Positions 19,207 through 29,176 of a DNA stretch of 64,000 nucleotides are shown here, one piece after another. Source of the DNA: Spirochaetia bacterium (GTDB lineage Bacteria > Spirochaetota > Spirochaetia > UBA9216). The notes below the pieces were generated by a model that saw nothing but the letters and a program-made list of their open reading frames with translations, did not search any database and was not told the DNA's origin. The position numbers and the translations under genes are program-made. Within the stretch, counting starts at the first letter, position 1. Each line of letters opens with the position of its first letter. Location: positions 1,824,001 to 1,888,000 of the forward strand of contig OY776510.1 in assembly GCA_963675665.1 (NCBI GenBank), read 5' to 3'.

Positions 19207-20109
19207 TTAAAAAAGTATTCGCTTAAGCAGGCCGTCGTTTCTACGCCATTTAGGATTGACCTTGACTCTTAAATCAAGATGAACGAAATAGGGAAACAGG
19301 CCGTTCAGTTCTTTCTGGGATTCAACTCTGATCCTTTTAATATTTTCGCCTTCGCGCCCGACAAGAATTCCCTTCTGGCTGTCTCTTTCGGTTACGAGAA
19401 ATGCCCTGACCCAGAGTTTTTTTATTTCCCCCGTTTCTTTATATTTCATTTCCATATCGGCTATTTCGACATAGATTGAATGAGGCAGTTCCTGCCTGGA
19501 CAATCCTATGGCTTTTTCCCTGACAATTTCCATTATTCTGAATTCAGGCTGCTGGTCGGTATAGTAATCTTCCGGATACATGGGTTCTCCCTCAGGCGCC
19601 ATCTCAAACAAACGGTCGACTACCGCCCTGACCCCCGTACCCTTTGCTGCCGAGACTGGAAAGACTCTGCCCGAGTCCAGTATTTCTGCTGCACCCTGCT
19701 CGCGAATAAAGACCGCTGCTGTGTCCGGAGAGCTTTCCGGAAGATCTGTCTTGTTCAGCAGAACAAGTGTTTTGTCCAGATGCGGCAAAAGCATCCGGAG
19801 GATTTCAGTTTCTTCTTTTCCCGGGGGACGGCTTGTGTCCATCATATAAATTACTATATCAGACTCTTCAAGCGATGAGCCGGCAAGCTCCTTGAGGCAG
19901 TTGTTGAATTTTTTATCGGAGTTGTGATACCCCGGTGTGTCTATAAAAATCAACTGTCCTGCGTCTTCTGTTATGATTCCGCGGATTTTGTTTCTTGTAG
20001 TTTGAGGAACCGGAGAAACTATAGAAACTTTCTCCCCGCAGATACTGTTTAAAAGAGTTGATTTTCCTGCCGAAGGCCGGCCGATTATCGATATAAAAGC
20101 TGACTTCAT
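19207..20109 (-). CDS. era: GTPase Era
   Basis: GRPSAGKSTL, PQTTR, DTPG, NKTD; KH-domain SQKGILVG. Confidence 0.97.
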   Translation of the reverse strand: MKSAFISIIGRPSAGKSTLLNSICGEKVSIVSPVPQTTRNKIRGIITEDAGQLIFIDTPGYHNSDKKFNNCLKELAGSSLEESDIVIYMMDTSRPPGKEETEILRMLLPHLDKTLVLLNKTDLPESSPDTAAVFIREQGAAEILDSGRVFPVSAAKGTGVRAVVDRLFEMAPEGEPMYPEDYYTDQQPEFRIMEIVREKAIGLSRQELPHSIYVEIADMEMKYKETGEIKKLWVRAFLVTERDSQKGILVGREGENIKRIRVESQKELNGLFPYFVHLDLRVKVNPKWRRNDGLLKRILF

Positions 20110-20257
20110 TGCTATATTTTAGTAAATTATATAAAATAAACAATAGTAAAAGCAAATGAAACATGGAATAGTACAGTTAAACTGAATTATTTAATCAGTA
20201 ACATCGCTATCGGGCTGCTCTGCAGCTTAAAGCGTATATTTTGGAGGATCTTTGTAA

Positions 20258-20845
20258 ATGAGCGAAAAAGAAAAAGATAAAGATAAAGGCAAAGAACAGG
20301 AGCAGGAAGCAACACTGGAAAAAATGTTGAAGACCAGAACAATTATTCTTTCCGGTGAAGTAAACAAGGAGCTTGCCGAGAAGGTTATCAGGCAGCTTCT
20401 CCTTCTTGAAGCTGATTCTGATGAACCTGTAAAAGTGTTTATAGATTCTCCCGGCGGAGATGTTGATGCCGGATTTGCAATATTCGACATGATCAGATTT
20501 GTTAAACCGGAAGTTTATACAATAGGGATGGGACTTGTCGCAAGCGCCGGAGCGCTGATTCTTCTTGCTGCTCCCAAAGACAGAAGAATAGGACTTCCCA
20601 ACTCTCATTATCTTATCCATCAGCCGCTTTCCGGAATGCGTGGTGTAGCAACAGAAATTGAAATACATGCCAAAGAGCTTGAGAAGCTCCGGATTAAACT
20701 AAATAATCTTATAGCTGAAGAAACCGGCCAGAAAATTGACCAGGTTGAGAAGGACACTGATCGCGATTACTGGATGGGTTCTGCTGAAGCGCTTGATTAC
20801 GGACTTATTTCAAAGGTTGTCAAAAGCAGAAATGAGATGGAATGA
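20258..20845 (+). CDS. clpP: ATP-dependent Clp protease proteolytic subunit
   Basis: IDSPGG, VASAG (Ser), IHQP (His), DTDRD (Asp). Confidence 0.96.
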   Translation: MSEKEKDKDKGKEQEQEATLEKMLKTRTIILSGEVNKELAEKVIRQLLLLEADSDEPVKVFIDSPGGDVDAGFAIFDMIRFVKPEVYTIGMGLVASAGALILLAAPKDRRIGLPNSHYLIHQPLSGMRGVATEIEIHAKELEKLRIKLNNLIAEETGQKIDQVEKDTDRDYWMGSAEALDYGLISKVVKSRNEME

Positions 20846-20908
20846 TAAAAGTACATCCATGTACTTTTATCATTTTGAAGTTTAAGAAACTGCGTTTCTT
20901 AAACTTCA
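20841..20908. repeat. Two adjacent perfect inverted repeats (REP-like)
   Basis: AATGATAAAAGTACAT-CC-ATGTACTTTTATCATT (16-bp arms) and TGAAGTTTAAGAAAC-TGC-GTTTCTTAAACTTCA (15-bp arms). Confidence 0.85.
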
Positions 20909-20969
20909 CTACAATAGTGTCCGTACTTGGACTATGTTGATCTGCGAACAAGAGTTTTTTACGGGAGTA

Positions 20970-21923
20970 ATGATGAATATTTCAGATGCTTTAAAGAATA
21001 CTTTCGGCGGGTTTGAAAAATCTGCAGTTCCAGCCGGCTCGAATTTTATCTCGGGAAAGGTCCGCGATATTTTTGATAAGGGCGACAAGCTGGTCATTTC
21101 AACAACGGACAGAATCTCCGCTTTCGACAGGGTACTTTCTACTATTCCGTACAAGGGAGAAGTTCTGAACCGGTTGTCGCTTTTCTGGTTTGAGAATACA
21201 TCGGATATCGTGTGCAATCATATTGCTGAAAAGATAACAGCCCGCACCGTAGCGGTGAAGAAATGTGAAGTTCTTCCAGTCGAGGTTATAGTTCGAGGGT
21301 ATCTGACGGGTTCCGCCTGGCGTGATTACAATGAAGGTCGGTCCGTTTCCGGGATAAATCTTCCTTCCGGAATGAAAATGAACCAGAGATTTGATACCCC
21401 TCTGTTGACTCCTTCGACCAAGGCGGAGCAGGGAGAGCATGATATGCCGGTAAGCTGTGATGAAATAGTAAAAACCGGTCTTGTAGAAGAAAGCCTGTGG
21501 CGGAAGGTTGAGAAAGCGGCCCTTGATTTATTTAAATTCGGAAGCGAGGTCCTTGAATCAAGAGGATTGATTCTGGTTGATACAAAATATGAATTCGGCC
21601 TTCTCGACGGAGAGCTTGTTGTTGTTGACGAGATGCATACGCCTGATTCCAGCCGGTTCTGGTATGCAGACACCTATAACAAGCTTTTTGAAGCCGGAGA
21701 AAAGCAACGGAAGATAGACAAGGAATATCTGCGGCAGTGGTTAATGGAAGAAAAGAACTTTATGGGAAATGGAGAATCTCCGGAGATTCCGGACGATGTC
21801 CGAATGGAAGTAAGCCGCCGTTATGTACAGGCTTTTGAACTTATTACAGGTCTTGATTTTGTTCCCGAGGCGCCGGTGCCTGAGGAAGAAATCATGGCGA
21901 TTACCGCATACCTTGAGCAGTAA
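20970..21923 (+). CDS. purC: SAICAR synthetase
   Basis: GKVRD, TDRISAFD, PVEVIVRGYLTGS, TPSTKA, VDTKYEFG, DEMHTPDSSRFW. Confidence 0.96.
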   Translation: MMNISDALKNTFGGFEKSAVPAGSNFISGKVRDIFDKGDKLVISTTDRISAFDRVLSTIPYKGEVLNRLSLFWFENTSDIVCNHIAEKITARTVAVKKCEVLPVEVIVRGYLTGSAWRDYNEGRSVSGINLPSGMKMNQRFDTPLLTPSTKAEQGEHDMPVSCDEIVKTGLVEESLWRKVEKAALDLFKFGSEVLESRGLILVDTKYEFGLLDGELVVVDEMHTPDSSRFWYADTYNKLFEAGEKQRKIDKEYLRQWLMEEKNFMGNGESPEIPDDVRMEVSRRYVQAFELITGLDFVPEAPVPEEEIMAITAYLEQ

Positions 21924-21945
21924 ACCCGGTACAGAGGAATAATAT

Positions 21946-21980
21946 AAAAGCCGTAAAGTAATTCGCTATGCGGCTTTTTT
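21946..21980 (+). terminator. Rho-independent terminator after purC
   Basis: AAAAGCCG...CGGCTTTTTT. Confidence 0.65.
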
Positions 21981-22016
21981 AAAAGCATCAGAAAAAAAGC
22001 CCGGTATACAATCAAT

Positions 22017-23066
22017 ATGAGAGCTTTATTCTGCCTTGTAATCGCCGCCGGATTGTTTTTCTGCAGCTGTGAATCCGGTAATTCCGAAGATGAATCTTTT
22101 CTTATCATGTCCTGGAACGTTCAGAATCTCTTCGACGATGTAGATAATGGCACCGAATACCGGGAATACGATCCCGCTAACGGAGAATGGGATTATGATA
22201 ATTTCAGCAGGAAAGCTGAAGCTCTGGCGGAAGTTATTATAGCCGCAGCTGCCGGAGGGCCTGATATAGTACTTCTGCAGGAAGTAGAAAATGAAAATGC
22301 CCTTGCACATCTGAATGATAACTATCTTAAAGACTGCGATTATATTTATTCTTTGTTTTTACCCACAGCGGAATCCGCTATAGGCTGCGGAGTCCTGAGC
22401 AGACTGCCGATCAGCGGAGTAAGCAGCCATTCGGTCATGCTTGACGGTAAGGCGATGGGCAGAAACATTTCTGCCGTTGATTTCGCCATGGACGATAACT
22501 CAACTGCGTTCAGGGTCTTTGTTAATCACTGGAAGTCGAAACTCGGGGGAGCTGAAGAGACCGAACCTGCCCGCCTTGCAGCAGCTGAAATGCTTGGAGG
22601 ACTGATGAAAAAATCGGTTGAAAAGAATGCGGCCCTTGCCGTAATTGCCGCCGGAGATTTTAATGAGTCTCACGATGAGTTCAGAAGGACTGAGGGCAGC
22701 TATCCCACGGCGCTTTGTCCGGTGTCTGCATTGCCCCCAGACGGTGTTGAATCAGCTTTGGGATTATTGTATTCTTCAGATCCTGACGATGTTGCGGTAA
22801 ATCCCGGAACGGTGTTCTTTAATCCCTGGTCTTCTTCAGAGTTTTTCGGAAGCTATTTTTACAGTGGCTGCTGGGAGACCATAGACCAGTTCTTCTGTAC
22901 CGCCGCTCTTTTTGACGGAACAGGATGGGAGTATTCAGGTTTTTCGGTTGCCGTTACCGGATTCAATTCCACGTCTGAAGGTTATCCGCTGGAATGGCGG
23001 ACTTCGTCGTCAGACGGATATTCGGATCATTACCCTGTGCTGCTTGAATTAAAGAGGGCTGAATGA
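22017..23066 (+). CDS. Endonuclease/exonuclease/phosphatase (EEP) family lipoprotein
   Basis: SWNVQNLFD, LQEVE, NHWKS, GDFN, IDQ, SDHYP motifs; lipoprotein-type signal. Confidence 0.88.
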   Translation: MRALFCLVIAAGLFFCSCESGNSEDESFLIMSWNVQNLFDDVDNGTEYREYDPANGEWDYDNFSRKAEALAEVIIAAAAGGPDIVLLQEVENENALAHLNDNYLKDCDYIYSLFLPTAESAIGCGVLSRLPISGVSSHSVMLDGKAMGRNISAVDFAMDDNSTAFRVFVNHWKSKLGGAEETEPARLAAAEMLGGLMKKSVEKNAALAVIAAGDFNESHDEFRRTEGSYPTALCPVSALPPDGVESALGLLYSSDPDDVAVNPGTVFFNPWSSSEFFGSYFYSGCWETIDQFFCTAALFDGTGWEYSGFSVAVTGFNSTSEGYPLEWRTSSSDGYSDHYPVLLELKRAE

Positions 23067-23714
23067 TCACTCTGTCTCGTTAACCATGTTTACCTGATAA
23101 AAAAGGTGTTCAAGTTCCAGACAGATGTTTATATTGTGTATTGTACAGGCTGGTTCCTCTTTATCAATTTCTCCCCGCTGGTTAATTCTGAGTTCGATTG
23201 ATGCAAAGTTGAGAATCCCGCGGATGCCGGAATCTATCATGAGTTCGAGTGTTGCCGCAGCTTCGCTGTCCGGTACAGCAATTATCCCAACACGTGTATC
23301 GTTTTTTCTGACAAACTCTTTCATCTCTCTGACGTGGTAGATTGGCACTCCGGAGGTTTTTGAAACATTTTCCGGCGCAATATCAAATCCTGCAATTATT
23401 TTAATTCCTTCGGTTCTGAATTCTTCATATTGCATCAGTGCTGTTCCGATCCGTCCGCATCCGGCTACTATTACCTCCTGGGGTTTGTCGCGGCCAAGGA
23501 CGACATCAAGCTTTTCTATAAGCATGTCTATATCGTAGCCTCCGCGTTTGTTGCCGGGCAGACTTAGTACTGAAAAGTCTTTTCTTACAAGGGAAGGGGT
23601 TACTCCAATTGCATCTCCGAGGTTGTTGGAGAAGACCCGTTCGAGGCCGAGTGCTTTTAATTTAAACAACAGTCTTTTGTATTTTGATAATCTGAGTATC
23701 AATTCCTTGTTCAT
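23067..23714 (-). CDS. rex: Redox-sensing transcriptional repressor Rex
   Basis: RLSKY, VRKDFS, GKR-like GNKRGGY, Rossmann GCGRIG, GILNFA; SD AAGGAG before 23714. Confidence 0.92.
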   Translation of the reverse strand: MNKELILRLSKYKRLLFKLKALGLERVFSNNLGDAIGVTPSLVRKDFSVLSLPGNKRGGYDIDMLIEKLDVVLGRDKPQEVIVAGCGRIGTALMQYEEFRTEGIKIIAGFDIAPENVSKTSGVPIYHVREMKEFVRKNDTRVGIIAVPDSEAAATLELMIDSGIRGILNFASIELRINQRGEIDKEEPACTIHNINICLELEHLFYQVNMVNETE

Positions 23715-23764
23715 TTGCAGAAAACTCTCCTTGTTGTGAAAAATGGACAATATAATAATTTTTG

Positions 23765-23782
23765 TTGTTATTTGAATCACAA
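23765..23782. promoter_or_regulatory. Rex operator
   Basis: TTGTTAT-TTGA-ATCACAA fits TTGTGAA-N4-TTCACAA and extends to a 24-bp imperfect palindrome (23762-23785) between divergent rex and the hydrogenase operon. Confidence 0.75.
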
Positions 23783-23882
23783 CAACTTGTCTATTATATA
23801 TTTTTATTTTATTATATGCAAGATTTTATTTTAAAAAGCATCAAAATAATGCAAGAAATGACCTATATTTTATTTAAATGTA

Positions 23883-23910
23883 TTGACTTTTTACATAATC
23901 TAACTATTCT
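23883..23910 (+). promoter_or_regulatory. Putative sigma70 promoter of the hydrogenase operon
   Basis: TTGACT-16 bp-TATTCT upstream of SD AGGAGG. Confidence 0.5.
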
Positions 23911-23957
23911 CTATTAATAAGGTTAAATCCCAAATACAAAGATACACAGGAGGAACT

Positions 23958-24446
23958 ATGGCTGTAGAGACGGCTCCTCAAATAGAATTTTCCAATGAAT
24001 TAGTATCATTTATCGAGGACTGGAAATCCAAACCCGGTAATTTGATCATGGTACTGCACAGGGTGCAGCAGGAATTCGGTTTTATACCTCGTGAAGCGGC
24101 AATCAGGGTTGCCGAAATGCTTGATACTCCGTTGGCAAAGATCTACGGAGTTATTACGTTTTATCATTTTTTCAAACTTGATAAGCCCGGAAAATACAAT
24201 ATTCAGGTATGTATGGGAACGGCATGCTATCTGAAGGGAGGAGAAGATCTTCTTAATGAACTTGAGACACTTCTCGGTATCAGCGTGAATGAAGTGACCG
24301 ACGACGGACTGTTTTCAATCGAATCAGTTAGATGTGTCGGCTGCTGCGGTCTGGCTCCGGTAATGATAGTAGGCGGAGAGGTTTTCGGCAAAGTTACCAG
24401 GGACGAACTGCCTGAGGTAATCGCAAGGTTTAGAGAAAAAGAATAA
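23958..24446 (+). CDS. hndA: [FeFe]-hydrogenase NuoE-like 2Fe-2S subunit (HndA/HydC)
   Basis: TFYHFF, CMGTAC, CVGCCGLAP. Confidence 0.9.
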   Translation: MAVETAPQIEFSNELVSFIEDWKSKPGNLIMVLHRVQQEFGFIPREAAIRVAEMLDTPLAKIYGVITFYHFFKLDKPGKYNIQVCMGTACYLKGGEDLLNELETLLGISVNEVTDDGLFSIESVRCVGCCGLAPVMIVGGEVFGKVTRDELPEVIARFREKE

Positions 24447-24447
24447 A

Positions 24448-25029
24448 ATGCATGCAGCTGTCTGCGATTTCATACTGGATTGTCTGCAGAATTCAATTGA
24501 AGCGGATGCTTCGGAAATCAGATTATTGATTGACGAGACCGACGATTTTTTTTCTGTGACGATTGCGGATAACGGAATCGGAATGACGGATGCAGAGCAG
24601 TGCAGAGCTGTTGATCCTTTTTATACCGACGGACTGAAGCATTCAAAACGCAGGGTAGGTCTTGGCCTGCCGTTTATGATTCAGGCGGTACAGCTTGCCG
24701 ACGGCGCATGGTCGCTGTCATCGGAAAAAGGCATCGGTACCGAAGTGAGTTTTTCCTTCAGGTCCGGGCATGTCGATACGCCTCCGACAGGCGATATCAG
24801 CGGTATGATTTTACAGGCTTTTATGTTCGACGGTGATTATGAACTTGTGGTTGAACGGAAGTTGGTTAGGAACAACAGGAGCAATTGTTACTTTTTAAAA
24901 CGATCGGAGATTAGGGAAGTTCTTGGTGATTTGAACGACGCAGATTCGCTTGTTATGGCAAGAGAGTTTCTACGTTCCCAGGAAGAAGATTATCTTCTTA
25001 ATAAAGAAGATTTAGAAGGAGACAGATGA
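24448..25029 (+). CDS. HATPase_c (GHKL) ATP-binding protein within the hydrogenase operon
   Basis: N-box QNSIEA, DNGIGM, DPFYT, RVGLGLP. Confidence 0.8.
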   Translation: MHAAVCDFILDCLQNSIEADASEIRLLIDETDDFFSVTIADNGIGMTDAEQCRAVDPFYTDGLKHSKRRVGLGLPFMIQAVQLADGAWSLSSEKGIGTEVSFSFRSGHVDTPPTGDISGMILQAFMFDGDYELVVERKLVRNNRSNCYFLKRSEIREVLGDLNDADSLVMAREFLRSQEEDYLLNKEDLEGDR

Positions 25030-25421
25030 TGGCTAAAATGACTCTGGAAGAACTCAGAAAGCTGCGGGACAGCAAAAAGGGTGAGCTTCATAAAAGAGAT
25101 ACAGAAGGTAAAAGTATACATATTATCATTGGAATGGGTACCTGCGGTATTGCTGCCGGGGCTAAGGTATCGCTTGATGCATTCCTTGATGAAATCGAAA
25201 AGCACAAAGTTGAGAACGTGACTGTAAAACAGACCGGTTGTATGGGTCTGTGTTACGTTGAACCAACTGTTGAAGTGAAGGTTCCCGGAATGCCCGATAC
25301 TATTTATGGAAATGTAGATGCGCAAACCGCGCGCAAAATTATTACGGAGCATATCCTTGAGGGAAAGCTTGTGGATAATCATATCTTCGACAAGCCCGCC
25401 AAAGATATTGTCAAGGAATAA
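25026..25421 (+). CDS. hndB: Thioredoxin-like 2Fe-2S ferredoxin subunit (HndB)
   Basis: GMGTCGIAAGA, TGCMGLCYVEP. Confidence 0.88.
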   Translation: MMAKMTLEELRKLRDSKKGELHKRDTEGKSIHIIIGMGTCGIAAGAKVSLDAFLDEIEKHKVENVTVKQTGCMGLCYVEPTVEVKVPGMPDTIYGNVDAQTARKIITEHILEGKLVDNHIFDKPAKDIVKE

Positions 25422-25432
25422 CGGAGGTTAGT

Positions 25433-27226
25433 ATGGCAGTAAAGAACTATATACTTGTTTGCGGCGGTACAGCCTGCGAATCAAGTAAGGCAACAGAAAT
25501 CTTCGATGCGCTTAAGTCTGAAGCGGAAGCCCAGGGCGTGCATAATGAAGTTCAGATAGTTAAAACAGGATGTTTCGGTTTCTGTGAAAAAGGACCGATT
25601 GTTAAAATTCTTCCGGAAGAAGCTTTTTACGTCGAGGTCAAACCGGAAGACGCAAAAGAAATCATTTCCGAATCTATTGTTAAAGGAAGAATGGTAAAAA
25701 GACTTCTTTATGTAGATGAAGAAGAACAGAATAAAGATGAATTTGATATTGAAAATATAAAGTTTTATCAAAAACAGGTAAGAATTGTACTTCGAAACTG
25801 CGGTTTTATTGATCCCGAAAAGATTGATGAATATATCGCCCGTGAAGGCTATGCAGCACTTGAAAAGGTCCTGTTTGATATGAGTCCTGATGATGTGATC
25901 AATGAACTCAGGGAGTCGGGACTCAGGGGGCGCGGCGGTGCCGGTTTCCCGACCTGGATGAAATGGAATTTCACAAAGAATGTTACAAACGACCAGAAAT
26001 TTATAGTCTGTAATGCCGATGAGGGCGACCCCGGCGCATACATGGACAGATCTACTCTTGAAGGCGACCCGCACTCCGTACTTGAAGCTATGACTATAGC
26101 CGGATACGCTGTGGGTGCAAGCAAGGGTGTTATTTATATCCGGGCGGAATATCCGCTTGCAATTGAAAGGCTTGAAATTGCCATCAAACAGGCACGGGAA
26201 TACGGCCTGTTGGGAAAAGATATTCTCGGAAGCGGTTTTGATTTTGATTTTGAGATCAGGCTTGGCGCCGGTGCATTTGTCTGCGGTGAAGAAACTGCTC
26301 TGCTTCGTTCAATAGAAGGCAACCGGGGTATGCCTACTCCCAAACCGCCTTTTCCGGCAGTTGAAGGTCTGTGGGGAAAACCGACAGTTATAAACAATGT
26401 TGAAACCTGGGCGAATATTCCCATGATTATTATCAAAGGCGGCGAATGGTTCCGTTCAATCGGTACCGAGCGTTCATCAGGAACCAAGGTATTTGCCCTT
26501 ACCGGTAAAATAAATAACTCGGGTCTTGTTGAGGTTCCTATGGGAACAACTCTTCGCGAGATCGTTTTTGATATCGGCGGAGGAATCCGCGGCGGTAAGA
26601 AATTCAAGGCTGTACAGACCGGCGGACCGTCAGGCGGTGTAATCACGTCCGAGTTCCTCGATACTCCGATTGATTTTGATCAGTTGACGGCAATCGGCTC
26701 CATGATGGGTTCCGGCGGAATGATTGTCATGGACGAGGACGACTGTATCATCGATGTCGCCAAATTTTACCAGGCGTTCTGTGTTGAAGAATCCTGCGGA
26801 AAATGTGCTCCATGCCGAATCGGAACAAGAAAACTCTATGATATTCTGGACAAGATTTCAAAGGGAAAAGGCACACATAAAGACCTTGAAAACCTCGAGA
26901 TTATCGGTACTGCAATGAAAAAAGCTGCTCTCTGCGGCCTCGGACAAACTGCGCCGAACCCGATTCTTTCATCAATGAATTATTTCAGGAATGAATATCT
27001 TGAACATATTGACGACAAGGTATGTAAGGCCGGCAAATGTAAGGATCTTGTCAGGTTTGAAATAAACCCGGACAAGTGTATCGGTTGTACCGTATGCGCC
27101 AGAAAGTGTCCGGTCGGATGTATCAGCGGCGAAAGAAAACTGCCGCATGTAATAGATCAGGATCAGTGTGTCAAGTGTGGTGAATGTTATGCTGCATGTA
27201 AATTCGGCGCAATTACCAAGAGATAA
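25433..27226 (+). CDS. hndC: NuoF-like FMN/NAD(P)H-binding subunit (HndC/HydB)
   Basis: GLRGRGGAGFP, CNADEGDPG, GAGAFVCGEE, ESCGKCAPCR, C-terminal 2x[4Fe-4S]. Confidence 0.95.
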   Translation: MAVKNYILVCGGTACESSKATEIFDALKSEAEAQGVHNEVQIVKTGCFGFCEKGPIVKILPEEAFYVEVKPEDAKEIISESIVKGRMVKRLLYVDEEEQNKDEFDIENIKFYQKQVRIVLRNCGFIDPEKIDEYIAREGYAALEKVLFDMSPDDVINELRESGLRGRGGAGFPTWMKWNFTKNVTNDQKFIVCNADEGDPGAYMDRSTLEGDPHSVLEAMTIAGYAVGASKGVIYIRAEYPLAIERLEIAIKQAREYGLLGKDILGSGFDFDFEIRLGAGAFVCGEETALLRSIEGNRGMPTPKPPFPAVEGLWGKPTVINNVETWANIPMIIIKGGEWFRSIGTERSSGTKVFALTGKINNSGLVEVPMGTTLREIVFDIGGGIRGGKKFKAVQTGGPSGGVITSEFLDTPIDFDQLTAIGSMMGSGGMIVMDEDDCIIDVAKFYQAFCVEESCGKCAPCRIGTRKLYDILDKISKGKGTHKDLENLEIIGTAMKKAALCGLGQTAPNPILSSMNYFRNEYLEHIDDKVCKAGKCKDLVRFEINPDKCIGCTVCARKCPVGCISGERKLPHVIDQDQCVKCGECYAACKFGAITKR

Positions 27227-27241
27227 TCAAGGAGAATAACA

Positions 27242-28993
27242 GTGAGTACTGTAGATATAAAGATTAACGGCAGACCGATGACTGTACCTGCCGGAACTTC
27301 GATTTTAAAAGCTGCAAAGCTTGCCGGATCCAAGATTCCGACGCTTTGCTATCATTCGGACCTTGCCCCCTGGGCAGCATGCGGCATCTGTGTTGTCAAG
27401 ATTGAGGGAAATCCGAGAATGGTAAGATCATGCTCGACCCTGGTTTCGGAAGGTCAGAATTATATTACCCAGGATCCGGAGATTCATCAGATCAGAAAGA
27501 CCGTCATCGAGATGACTCTTGCCGATCACCCGCAGGAATGTCTGACCTGCGGAAGAAACCAGACATGCGAGCTTCAGAGGCTTGCGGCTGAATACGGGAT
27601 AAGGGAAATTCCGTTCGACAGAAATGTCAAACGGCTTGAAAAGGACACTTCAACACCTGCTATTGTTCTTGACCCTTCAAAATGTATCCAGTGCGGACGC
27701 TGCGCCCAGGTTTGTCAGCAGCTGCAGGATGTATGGGCCCTTGAGTTTATCGGCCGCGGCGAAAAGACAAGACTTATGCCTTCCGCTGGTGTTCTTTTGA
27801 ATGAAAGCCCATGTATCAAGTGCGGCCAGTGTTCCGCTCACTGCCCGGTCGGCGCTATTTATGAAAAGGATGAAACAAACCTGTTTCTTAATGCTCTCAA
27901 GGATGAATCGAAGCACATTGCCGTGCAGATTGCTCCTGCAGTCCGCGTAGCTATTGGCGAAGCTTTTGATATGGAACCGGGCTCTATAGTGACCGGAAAG
28001 ATTTACGCAGCGCTGCGACGTCTTGGCGTTCATGCTGTTTTCGATACAAACTTTTCTGCCGACCTGACAATAATGGAAGAAGGTTCGGAGTTTGTTGAAC
28101 GTGTTGTAAACGGCAAGGGAGCGCTTCCTCAGCTTACTTCATGCTGCCCTGCATGGACAGATTACATGGAAAAATACTATCCGGATATGATTCCGAACTT
28201 CTCAACGGCAAAATCCCCGCAGATGATGCAGGGTGCGATTATCAAAACCTACTATGCCGAGAATAAGGGCATTGATCCCAAAGATATCTACTCAGTGTCA
28301 ATAATGCCCTGTACCGCAAAAAAGTTTGAAAGAATACGGGATGAGAACATGACATCTTCCGGTTATGATGATGTCGATCTTGTTTTAACGACAAGGGAGC
28401 TTGCCAGAATAATCAAGACAGCCGGTATCGATTTTGCAAACCTTCCTGAAGAAGAAGCAGACAGCCCGATTGGGAAATACACCGGCGCCGGAACAATTTT
28501 CGGTGTTACCGGAGGCGTTATGGAAGCCGCGATTCGTTCTGCATATTTCCTTATTACAAAAGAGGAGCTTGCAGACGTAAATGTCAAGGCTGTTCGGGGA
28601 ATGGAAGGCGTCAAGGCAGGCGAAGTTGACATAAAAGGTACAAAGGTCAAGGTTGCCGTGGCCCATGGAATGGCTAATGTCAAGTCGGTTCTGGACGAAG
28701 TCAGGGAAGCGAGAGAGAAAGGTCTTGAGCCTCCTTATCACTTCATTGAAGTTATGGCATGCCGCGGCGGTTGTATTGCCGGTGGCGGACAGCCTTACGG
28801 AACAGAAGATGATGTACGCGAAAAGAGAATCGCGGGACTGTATACCGATGACGAGAAAAGCGAGATCAGATGTTCACATAACAATCCTGAAATCACGCAG
28901 ATCTATAAGGATTTCCTCGGTACACCGCTGTCAGAGAAATCACATCATCTTCTTCATACACACTACACGCCAAGGCCTGTATATCAGAAATAG
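27242..28993 (+). CDS. hndD: Group A [FeFe]-hydrogenase catalytic subunit (HndD/HydA)
   Basis: H-cluster motifs TSCCPAW, MPCTAKKFE, EVMACRGGCIAGGGQP; N-terminal 2Fe-2S, His-ligated and 2x[4Fe-4S] clusters. Confidence 0.96.
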   Translation: MSTVDIKINGRPMTVPAGTSILKAAKLAGSKIPTLCYHSDLAPWAACGICVVKIEGNPRMVRSCSTLVSEGQNYITQDPEIHQIRKTVIEMTLADHPQECLTCGRNQTCELQRLAAEYGIREIPFDRNVKRLEKDTSTPAIVLDPSKCIQCGRCAQVCQQLQDVWALEFIGRGEKTRLMPSAGVLLNESPCIKCGQCSAHCPVGAIYEKDETNLFLNALKDESKHIAVQIAPAVRVAIGEAFDMEPGSIVTGKIYAALRRLGVHAVFDTNFSADLTIMEEGSEFVERVVNGKGALPQLTSCCPAWTDYMEKYYPDMIPNFSTAKSPQMMQGAIIKTYYAENKGIDPKDIYSVSIMPCTAKKFERIRDENMTSSGYDDVDLVLTTRELARIIKTAGIDFANLPEEEADSPIGKYTGAGTIFGVTGGVMEAAIRSAYFLITKEELADVNVKAVRGMEGVKAGEVDIKGTKVKVAVAHGMANVKSVLDEVREAREKGLEPPYHFIEVMACRGGCIAGGGQPYGTEDDVREKRIAGLYTDDEKSEIRCSHNNPEITQIYKDFLGTPLSEKSHHLLHTHYTPRPVYQK

Positions 28994-29013
28994 GCAATAG
29001 AAGTGTTTATTAT

Positions 29014-29058
29014 GCCGCACCGGGTTTCGTAAAACAGAGCCGGGTGCGGTTTTTTTTA
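29014..29058 (+). terminator. Rho-independent terminator after hydrogenase operon
   Basis: GCCGCACCGG...CGGGTGCGGT followed by a T run. Confidence 0.8.
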
Positions 29059-29176
29059 TTAATTTAAAACAGGAAAACAGGTATAGCAGCGCCTTCCGGA
29101 TAGAATCGATTATTAAAACATTCTTTAAATATCGGGTTTTATATATCCGTGTTAGAATAAAAAAAAGGAGAATTTT

